A stretch of 64,000 nt of DNA from an uncultured Gammaproteobacteria bacterium (GTDB taxonomy: Bacteria; Pseudomonadota; Gammaproteobacteria; Steroidobacterales; Steroidobacteraceae): the NCBI GenBank assembly GCA_963715485.1, contig OY970244.1, positions 1,316,717 to 1,380,716 on the forward strand, written 5' to 3'. This document shows positions 57,253 to 64,000 of this stretch, in pieces (position 1 is the first letter of the stretch; every line of letters begins with the position of its first letter). Both the position numbers and the translations under genes were made by a program. The notes under the pieces were generated by a model. That model was given only the letters and a program-made list of their open reading frames with translations, was not told where the DNA came from and did no database searches.

Positions 57253-58287
57253 ATGATGATGCAGTTTCGCCGAACGGCCGTGGCGGCCTTGCTGGCTTGC
57301 GTAATTTCCGGCGCAGCGCTGGCGCAGGTAGCGGACGATGCCTCCTCCCGGCCGTCGATCATCGCGCCGCTGGCGGTCAAGTCCCTGCTGCTGGATCTTG
57401 CCTGGGCAGGTGAGCGCGCAGTGGCGGTCGGCGAGCGGGGCCACGTGTTGTATTCCAACGACCAGGGACGAAGCTGGACCCAGGTCGTGGTGCCCGCCAG
57501 CGCCAACCTCACGGCCGTCCATTTCGTTGACGACCAGCACGGCTGGGCCGTGGGCCACGACGAGGTAATCCTGCGCACGGAGGACGGCGGCCTGACCTGG
57601 GATCGGACTCATTACAATCCGGAGGCCAAGCGGCCGCTGCTGGACGTCTGGTTCGCCGACGCCGAGCGCGGCCTGGCGGTCGGCGCCTACGGCGCCGTGT
57701 ATTCGAGCGCCGACGGCGGCCGTACCTGGACCGACGTGCAGTTCGATCCGGTGCCGCTCGGTGGAACCAAGCAGGATTACGACCCCGACGACTTCAGTGC
57801 GGAAGTCGACATGGGATTCGACTTCCACCTGAACGCAATCGTCCGCGGTCCGGGCACAGTGCTCTACCTGGCAGCAGAGGCTGGCCGCCTGTTCCGCTCC
57901 GATGACGACGGCACGACCTGGCGTGAGTTGCCCTCGCCCTACGACGGTTCGTTCTACGGAATCCTGCCGCTCGACGGCGACGCGCTGCTCGCCTTCGGTC
58001 TGCGCGGCAATGTCTTCCGCTCCGAGGACGGGGGCGAGAGCTGGTCGCCGATCGAGACGGGAACGGTTGCGCTGCTCGACTCGGCCGTCCGGCCTGCGCC
58101 GGAGGTCGTCGTCATCGCGGGGCTGACGGGCATCATGCTGGTCAGCACCGATGGCGGCAGGACCTTCATACGCACGCAGCAGGAGGATCGCAAGGGTCTG
58201 TCTTCGCTGCTCTGGGTCGGCGACGGTGAAGTGATCGTGGCCGGAGACGGCGGGGTTCGCCGGCTCTCCGTCCCGGGTTTGAGGTAA
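57253..58287 (+). CDS. YCF48-related / BNR-repeat beta-propeller protein
   Basis: Repeated S-x-D-x-G-x-T/S-W motifs (SNDQGRSWT, TEDGGLTWD, SADGGRTWT, SDDDGTTWR, SEDGGESWS, STDGGRTF). Confidence 0.85.
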   Translation: MMMQFRRTAVAALLACVISGAALAQVADDASSRPSIIAPLAVKSLLLDLAWAGERAVAVGERGHVLYSNDQGRSWTQVVVPASANLTAVHFVDDQHGWAVGHDEVILRTEDGGLTWDRTHYNPEAKRPLLDVWFADAERGLAVGAYGAVYSSADGGRTWTDVQFDPVPLGGTKQDYDPDDFSAEVDMGFDFHLNAIVRGPGTVLYLAAEAGRLFRSDDDGTTWRELPSPYDGSFYGILPLDGDALLAFGLRGNVFRSEDGGESWSPIETGTVALLDSAVRPAPEVVVIAGLTGIMLVSTDGGRTFIRTQQEDRKGLSSLLWVGDGEVIVAGDGGVRRLSVPGLR

Positions 58288-58291
58288 CGCC

Positions 58292-60703
58292 ATGCATGTG
58301 GAACAGGAACGCAAGGACGGCAAGCCGACCATGGCCGAGCGGCTCGAGCCCCACGTCTTCGGGCATCGCGGGCTGATTCTTGCGGCGTTCGCATTGCTGA
58401 CGATCGTATTCGGGGCGATCGCGATCCAGGGCCTCAAGCTGGATACGAACTTCAACAAGCAACTGCCGATCGGGCACGAGTATATCCAGACATACCTCGA
58501 CCACAAGGCTGAGTTCGGCGGCGCCAACCGCTTGCTGATTGCCGTGATCGCCAAGGATGGCAACATGTTCACGCCGGAGTTCTTCCGGGCACTCAAGATC
58601 GCCACCGACGAGGTGTTCTTCATCGAAGGCGTAGACCGCGCCCGCGTCCAGTCCTTGTGGACTCCGAACGTGCGTTATACCGAAGTAGTCGAGGGCGGTA
58701 TCCAGGCGGGCGACGTCATTCCACCGGATTTCCAGCCGGATGAGGCGGGTTTCGCCAGGGTCAAGGAAAACATCCTCAAGGCGGGCATCGTCGGCCGCTT
58801 GGTCGCCAACGACTTCTCGGGCGCCATGGTCAGTGCGCAACTGCTCGACGCCGATCCGGAGACCGGCAAGCCGGTTGATTACGTCGCCATCTCAGAGGCA
58901 CTCGAGAAGAACGTTCGCGACAAGATTGCGGACGCCAGCCCTGGCGGCGACCAGGCAGGGGCAATATCGGTGCACATCATCGGTTTCGCCAAGGTGGTCG
59001 GCGACGTCGTGGATGGCGCGATGATGGTCATTGTCTTTGCGATCGTCACGGGAGCGCTGACGCTGCTTTTCGTCTGGATTTACATCGCATCCTTCAGGAT
59101 CGCGCTGGTGCCGCTGATGGCCTCCGGCGTGGCGATGGTGTGGATGCTGGGACTGCTGGTGCTGCTTGGCTACGGCGTGGACCCACTCGGTATCCTCGTG
59201 CCCTTCATCATCCTGTCGATCGGCACCAGCCATGGGGTGCAGAAGATCAGCGCCGTCACCGACGCGGCCATCGCCGGCGCGGACAGCAACGAGGCGGCCC
59301 GGAGGACGTTTCGACTGCTGTTCCTGCCGGCAATTTTCGCGCTGCTCGCGAACGTAGTCGGATTCATCACCATCCTGCTCATCAGGGTGCAGGTGATCCA
59401 GGAAATGGCGATCACCGCCAGTCTGGGTATCGGCGTGATCATCCTCACGGACCTGATCCTGCTGCCGGTACTGGTGTCGTACGTGCCAATCACGGAAGGT
59501 TACCGGCAACGCGTCAGGACCAGGCGGAACATGGCCGACCCGCTGTGGAAGGGCCTGGCCCGGATCTCCGAGCGGGGCCCGGCGCTGGTCATCATCGTCA
59601 TCGCCGCCTTGCTGGCAGTTTTCGGTGTCATCAAGGGCCGCGAGACGCCGATCGGCGACACACAGGCCGGCGTGCCGGAACTCAGACCAGACTCCCGCTA
59701 CAACCGCGACACCGAACTGATCACCTCGAAGTTCTCGATCGGTACCGATGTCCTGAACGTCATCGTCGAGACGGAGCCGAACGGCTGCATCGATCACCGC
59801 GTCATCGACGCGATCGATCGATTCGCCTGGAACATGGCCAACGTCAGTGGCGTCCGCGACATAGTCAGTCTTGCGGGGGTGTCCAAGGTGGTCAGCGCCG
59901 GCTGGAGTGAGGGTAGCCTGAAGTGGCGCAACCTGCCTCGCGACCAGAGTCAGCTGGTCCAGGCGCAAGGATACATCGAGACCAGCACCGGGCTGCTGAA
60001 CCGCGACTGCAGCGTCATGCCGGTGATGATATTTCTTGCGGACCACCGCGCGGAGACGATCGAGGGCGTGATCGCAGCCGTCAAGCAGTACCGCCAGGAC
60101 AACCCGACGGACGGCGTCACCTACAGGCTGGCGACGGGGAACGTCGGCGTGATGGCGGCGCAGAATGAAGAGGTCAAGGCGAAGGAGTTCGTGATACTGG
60201 GCTGGGTGTTCGCCGCCGTGACCGCAATGTGCCTGATCAACTTCCGGTCATTCGTGGGCACGGTCCTGGTCATCCTGCCGCTGACGCTGGTGTCGATCCT
60301 GGTATATGCGGTAATGGCCTTTGTGGGAATCGGCCTCAAGGTCAATACGCTGCCGATGGTCGCACTTGGCGCCGGTATTGGCGTCGACTACGGCATTTAC
60401 CTGTTCAGTCGCATGCAGGAATTCCTGAAGCGCGGCGAGAGCGTCCACGATGCCTATCTTGGCGCTCTGAGGGTAACGGGCGTTGCGATCTTCTTTACCG
60501 GCGTGACACTTGCAGTGGGCGTGGCGACCTGGGCCTTCTCGCCGTTGAAGTTCCAGGCCGACGTCGGCCTGATGCTGACATTCATGTTTGTGGTGAACAT
60601 GCTCGGCGCAATGCTGCTGCTGCCCGCGCTCGGTGCCTGGCTGCTGCCGCTGTCAAGGAGGGTCAGGAAGGCCCGCGAGGCAACGGCCGGTGCCCCGGGC
60701 TAG
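58292..60703 (+). CDS. RND superfamily exporter (MMPL/COG1033-like, two 6-TM bundles)
   Basis: An 803-aa protein with two hydrophobic blocks separated by soluble domains. It is the last gene of the DUF1302-DUF1329-propeller cluster. An alternative start exists at 58331. Confidence 0.85.
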   Translation: MHVEQERKDGKPTMAERLEPHVFGHRGLILAAFALLTIVFGAIAIQGLKLDTNFNKQLPIGHEYIQTYLDHKAEFGGANRLLIAVIAKDGNMFTPEFFRALKIATDEVFFIEGVDRARVQSLWTPNVRYTEVVEGGIQAGDVIPPDFQPDEAGFARVKENILKAGIVGRLVANDFSGAMVSAQLLDADPETGKPVDYVAISEALEKNVRDKIADASPGGDQAGAISVHIIGFAKVVGDVVDGAMMVIVFAIVTGALTLLFVWIYIASFRIALVPLMASGVAMVWMLGLLVLLGYGVDPLGILVPFIILSIGTSHGVQKISAVTDAAIAGADSNEAARRTFRLLFLPAIFALLANVVGFITILLIRVQVIQEMAITASLGIGVIILTDLILLPVLVSYVPITEGYRQRVRTRRNMADPLWKGLARISERGPALVIIVIAALLAVFGVIKGRETPIGDTQAGVPELRPDSRYNRDTELITSKFSIGTDVLNVIVETEPNGCIDHRVIDAIDRFAWNMANVSGVRDIVSLAGVSKVVSAGWSEGSLKWRNLPRDQSQLVQAQGYIETSTGLLNRDCSVMPVMIFLADHRAETIEGVIAAVKQYRQDNPTDGVTYRLATGNVGVMAAQNEEVKAKEFVILGWVFAAVTAMCLINFRSFVGTVLVILPLTLVSILVYAVMAFVGIGLKVNTLPMVALGAGIGVDYGIYLFSRMQEFLKRGESVHDAYLGALRVTGVAIFFTGVTLAVGVATWAFSPLKFQADVGLMLTFMFVVNMLGAMLLLPALGAWLLPLSRRVRKAREATAGAPG

Positions 60704-60705
60704 GT

Positions 60706-61122
60706 TCAGTCTGCGTCGATCCGACCGCGCAGGCGCTTGGTCGTCTGGCGGCGCTTCTTGCCCTCGATTCGGCGCTCCTTCGAGGCCCGCGTGGGCCGGG
60801 TCGGCTTGCGGGTCTTGGGAACATGCCGGGCAGCTTCGATCAGTCCGGCCAGCCGTTCAACCGCGTCGCGCCTGTTCGCCTCACGGGTTCGGTGTCGATG
60901 GGCATCGATCAGCAATTCGTCGTCCAGGGTGAGTCGCCGTCCAGCGAGCTGACGCAACCGCTCGCGCCCCGCCTCGTCGAGCAGGGTGGTAGCCGCCACG
61001 CTGAAGCGCAGCAGGCAGGCCGTCGCCAGCTTGTTGACGTTCTGCCCACCGGGCCCGGGCGAGCGGCTCCACGAGAGCTCGTATTCACCGTCTGGAATAT
61101 CTGGCTCTCTTGCGTCCGTCAT
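60706..61122 (-). CDS. arfB: alternative ribosome rescue factor ArfB (peptidyl-tRNA hydrolase, YaeJ)
   Basis: SRSPGPGGQNVNKLATA (GGQ motif) plus a basic C-terminal tail KTRKPTRPTRASKERRIEGKKRRQTTKRLR. Confidence 0.9.
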   Translation of the reverse strand: MTDAREPDIPDGEYELSWSRSPGPGGQNVNKLATACLLRFSVAATTLLDEAGRERLRQLAGRRLTLDDELLIDAHRHRTREANRRDAVERLAGLIEAARHVPKTRKPTRPTRASKERRIEGKKRRQTTKRLRGRIDAD

Positions 61123-61146
61123 GAACTGCGGCCCGGCCCTGGCAGC

Positions 61147-62496
61147 TCAGTCCTGCCCGTCAAGCGTCGGCTCGATCGGTCCGCGGGTCCTCGGTGCGAG
61201 CGTCGAGGCGGATGTGCTGCCCTCGAGAATGCGGATCTCGCGCTGCGCGGGCGGGATGGTGATTCCGTGCTTGCGGAACAACGCCCAGATCTTCCGGTTG
61301 ATGTCGGAGCGGACGTTGTTGACGCCCTCGGCCGGATCGCCGATCCAGAAGCGCACCTCCGTCTCCATGCCGTGGTCGGCAAAGTCCATCAGGCGCGAGA
61401 CCGGCGGCGGGTCGCGCAGGATCCTGGGGTGGTCGTTGGCGGCGTCCAGCAGCAGCCTGAGCGCCAGTTCCACGTCGTCGCGGTAACTGATCCTGACGCC
61501 GAGGCGCAGTCTGACCTTGGGATGGCCATAGCTCCAGTTGATGACCTGGTTGGTAATCACATTCTGGTTCGGCACCAGCGTCGCGACACCATCGCGGTCA
61601 CGAATCACGATATAGCGGCCGCGCAATTCTTCGACCCAGCCGAACCCATGGGTGCTGGTTCCGGTCGTGCCGGTGAAGCTGATGACGTCGCCCGGCTTGA
61701 TCGACTTGTCCATGACCAGGACGAAGCCGCTGACGAAATTGGCGGCAATGGCCTGTAGTCCGAAACCGAGGCCGAGGCCGATCGCGCCGGAAAAGACCGT
61801 CAGCGCGGTCAGGTCGACGCCCGAGGCACGCAGGCCGAGCAGGATGCCGAAACCGACGAAGAAGGCGTAGCTGGTCTTGACGATGCCGATGCGCGTCGAT
61901 GGGGCGAGGGTATCGATCTGCGAGACCTGCCGGTCGATCCACCGCGCCACCCAAAGGCTGGCGATGACGCAGACGGACACGGCGAACAGAGCGGCGATTA
62001 CCGACCAGATGGTGACGCGCGACTTGCCGGTGGACAGGCCGATCGAGTCGAGCACCTGGACGATGTAGTCCAGCCAGCCGAGCATCTGTGCTGCGACCAG
62101 CAACCAGACGGCCAGGGACGCCTTGTTCTCGAAGCGTTTGAGACGGTTGTTTGGGGAGACCGATCGTCGCACCGCATAGGCCAGCAGGCGGATGATGATC
62201 AACGCGCCCACCAGCCGCACTGCCGGATCGAGCAGGTCGGTTGTGAGCGAAGCCGCGGCAATGATCGAGCGAGCCGCGGTGACGATCAGGAAAGCGGCGA
62301 TGTAGGGCGAGGTGACCGCCAGCGCCTCGAAGCCGACGATTCGGGCCGTCATCCCGGGCTCGGCACGCGGGACGTACCAGCGACGCACCGACCTTTCGGC
62401 CAGCCACGCCACGCCAGCGGCCACCACGAGCGCGATCAGCTGGGCCAGGTTGGCGGCGGTCAGCAGCCCGGATGCGAGGTCAGTGAATTTGTTCAT
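61147..62496 (-). CDS. mechanosensitive ion channel family protein (MscS-like)
   Basis: Multiple N-terminal TM helices, then FSGAIGLGLGFGLQAIAANFVSGFVLVMDKSIKPGDVI..G.V.EL..RY..IR..DG, the MscS core. Confidence 0.88.
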   Translation of the reverse strand: MNKFTDLASGLLTAANLAQLIALVVAAGVAWLAERSVRRWYVPRAEPGMTARIVGFEALAVTSPYIAAFLIVTAARSIIAAASLTTDLLDPAVRLVGALIIIRLLAYAVRRSVSPNNRLKRFENKASLAVWLLVAAQMLGWLDYIVQVLDSIGLSTGKSRVTIWSVIAALFAVSVCVIASLWVARWIDRQVSQIDTLAPSTRIGIVKTSYAFFVGFGILLGLRASGVDLTALTVFSGAIGLGLGFGLQAIAANFVSGFVLVMDKSIKPGDVISFTGTTGTSTHGFGWVEELRGRYIVIRDRDGVATLVPNQNVITNQVINWSYGHPKVRLRLGVRISYRDDVELALRLLLDAANDHPRILRDPPPVSRLMDFADHGMETEVRFWIGDPAEGVNNVRSDINRKIWALFRKHGITIPPAQREIRILEGSTSASTLAPRTRGPIEPTLDGQD

Positions 62497-62539
62497 GTGC
62501 TCGGCCCAAGCGGGCCCGTTGGCGTGCCGGATCGGCGCA

Positions 62540-62764
62540 TCACGCGTTCATGTCGGGTATCAGCTCGCTCTCGAGCCGGGCGATCTGGTCCTTGAGCAAC
62601 AGCTTGCGTTTCTTCAGCCTGCGCAGCTGCAGTTCGTCCACATACAGGTCCATGGTGAGCCGCTCGATCACGTCGTCGAGGTCGCGATGCTCGATGCGCA
62701 GCTCGCGCAGCCGCTGGATCTGCTGGAATAGTTCAGTATTGATCTTGTCTTCGTCGCCGCTCAT
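62540..62764 (-). CDS. YdcH/DUF465 family protein
   Basis: A 74-aa sequence, LRELRIEHRDLDDVI..DELQLRRLKKRKLLLKDQIARLE, typical of DUF465. Confidence 0.85.
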   Translation of the reverse strand: MSGDEDKINTELFQQIQRLRELRIEHRDLDDVIERLTMDLYVDELQLRRLKKRKLLLKDQIARLESELIPDMNA

Positions 62765-63621
62765 GCCAGTTCAGCCAGGGCCTGTGGGAACGCCGCGCCG
62801 GTCCAGACGGGCTGCACCGCAACCGGAAGCTTAGCCAATCGCCCGGGCTGATTCCATGGGATGGCCGGATCGTGAAAATCCGACCCTACCGAACCCGCAA
62901 GTCCCGTCCTGAGCACCAGCGAGGCAGCCCGCTCCACCTGCGCCGGGCCTGCGCCGCCACACACGACCTCGGCTCCGGCGCCGCCGAGATCCCTGAACTC
63001 GCGCGCCAGTTCGCGCCTCGCGCCGGCCGAGAGCGTGTAGCGCAGCGGGTGCGCCAGCACGGCGACCCCGCCGGCTGCAAGAATCCACTCGATTGCCTCG
63101 GTCATGGCCGGCCAGGCTGACCTGACCGCTGCAGGCCGCCCGTGGCCGAGGTAGCGCTCGAATGCTTCGGCCATGCTGCGTACCGACCCGAGTTCCGAGA
63201 GCGCCCGGGCAAAGTGGGTTCGTGTCGGCAGGTCCGTCTGGTTCCGGATCCGCCGCAGCGATTCGCTCCCGGGAGCACCGGCCGCGTCCAGCCGGCGGGC
63301 AATTTCCGCGGCACGGCGCTCGCGTTCGGTTGCCAGCTGCCGGATACCACGCTCCAGCCCGGCTGCCGTCGGGTCGATGGCCAGCCCCAGTACGTGGACG
63401 GTGCGTCCGCGCCAGTCGGCAGACAGCTCAATCCCCGGGACGAATGACATGTCGAGCGTTGCGGCTGTGGCCGCTGCAGCGTCCAGGCCGGCAGTCGTAT
63501 CGTGGTCGGTCAGCGCCATCATGCGGACGCCGCAATCGAAGGCATGTTGAACCAGCGCTGCCGGTTCCAGCCGGCCGTCGGAGGCAGTCGAATGCAGGTG
63601 CAAGTCGACCTGCGCAGTCAC
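62761..63621 (-). CDS. PHP domain-containing phosphoesterase (TrpH/YciV-like)
   Basis: VDLHLHSTASDGRL..MALTDHDTTAG..GIELS..HVLGL and the C-terminal VLAHP..GSDFH are PHP motifs. Confidence 0.88.
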   Translation of the reverse strand: MTAQVDLHLHSTASDGRLEPAALVQHAFDCGVRMMALTDHDTTAGLDAAAATAATLDMSFVPGIELSADWRGRTVHVLGLAIDPTAAGLERGIRQLATERERRAAEIARRLDAAGAPGSESLRRIRNQTDLPTRTHFARALSELGSVRSMAEAFERYLGHGRPAAVRSAWPAMTEAIEWILAAGGVAVLAHPLRYTLSAGARRELAREFRDLGGAGAEVVCGGAGPAQVERAASLVLRTGLAGSVGSDFHDPAIPWNQPGRLAKLPVAVQPVWTGAAFPQALAELA

Positions 63622-63932
63622 GATACGGCCCGCGGCCCGAGGCCGACGCTGTCGAGCGCAAGGCCTGTCAGCACCACGAAGCCACGCCGTCGCTCGTAAC
63701 CATCCTCGGAATAGTCAAATACGTAGGTGCGGCGCAGGGCAAGCCGACCATCGGCGGCGCGCGCGAACGCGAACTTGAGCATCGAGACGGTGCCGTCCAG
63801 CAATTGTACGCCGGCCCGGGTGCAGGTCTCGGATGCGACCTTGTTGGCGAATTCACGCGCCGCCAAGCTGGCGTGCCAGGCCCAAGCGACGAGAATCAAT
63901 GAGAGGACACCCAGGAAGACAGGCCAGCTCAT
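63618..63932 (-). CDS. DUF3301 domain-containing protein
   Basis: N-terminal TM segment, then ARE.A......C....VQLLDGTV...........GRL.L.R.Y.F.YS.DG..R..G, matching the DUF3301 pattern. Confidence 0.78.
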   Translation of the reverse strand: MSWPVFLGVLSLILVAWAWHASLAAREFANKVASETCTRAGVQLLDGTVSMLKFAFARAADGRLALRRTYVFDYSEDGYERRRGFVVLTGLALDSVGLGPRAVS

Positions 63933-64000
63933 CAGAGCATGGCCTTCCAGTTCACCCGGTCGTCACCGTAGGCGAGGAAGTACGGGTTGAGCAGCTCCGG
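63932..64000 (-). CDS. 3' end of an unidentified gene (partial at window edge)
   Basis: The minus-strand translation ends ..PELLNPYFLAYGDDRVNWKAML-stop. Its TGA (63932-63934) overlaps the DUF3301 start codon by one base at 63932. The fragment is too short to name. Confidence 0.4.
   Translation of the reverse strand, partial: PELLNPYFLAYGDDRVNWKAML

Noticed and set aside
50581-60046. Minus-strand ORFs 50581..51708, 53752..55080, 56463..57578, 57139..58623 and 58892..60046.
   Set aside because: All are antisense to strongly supported plus-strand genes (plsB, DUF1302, DUF1329, propeller, RND exporter) and are compositionally shadow-like.

Overview
This is a high-GC (about two-thirds G+C by eye, not computed) chromosomal segment. 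It looks like a gammaproteobacterium of the Xanthomonadales/Nevskiales type; that placement is inference from gene content only. I ran no searches: every product call comes from reading the supplied translations, plus my own translations of regions the ORF track missed, and recognising family motifs.

I support about 60 protein-coding genes and found no rRNA, tRNA, CRISPR array, IS element or integrase. The recognisable content, in order along the window:
- a VC_2705-type sodium:solute symporter operon (DUF294 sensor, symporter, DUF4212 small subunit)
- glycogen synthesis genes glgC and glgA
- a class III PHA locus (phaR, phasin, phaE, phaC, MaoC dehydratase)
- an RND efflux pair
- ttcA
- a GST-FIST-OPT cluster
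- a UvrD-like helicase
- polyamine genes (speA, homospermidine synthase)
- greB
- a LemA-TPM-TPM cluster
- an L,D-transpeptidase
- plsB
- a DUF1302-DUF1329-beta-propeller-RND exporter cluster
- arfB and an MscS-family channel

Most long ORFs in the track that lie antisense to these genes are high-GC shadow ORFs.

The observations most worth a second look:
1. An orphan contractile-tail sheath homolog with no tube, baseplate or phage genes nearby. Two short ORFs precede it and an alkyltransferase-like (ATL) gene follows it.
2. A phosphatase (CX5R)-ADP-ribosylglycohydrolase fusion, followed directly by a translationally coupled pair: a zinc-peptidase-like gene and an ATP-grasp ligase.
3. An M32 carboxypeptidase homolog with three degenerate active-site motifs.
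4. A candidate small RNA with a CU-rich (anti-Shine-Dalgarno-like) loop and a strong intrinsic terminator.
5. Four clear single-base (+1) frameshifts in otherwise well-conserved genes, plus one suspected. These need read-level verification before the genes are called pseudogenes.
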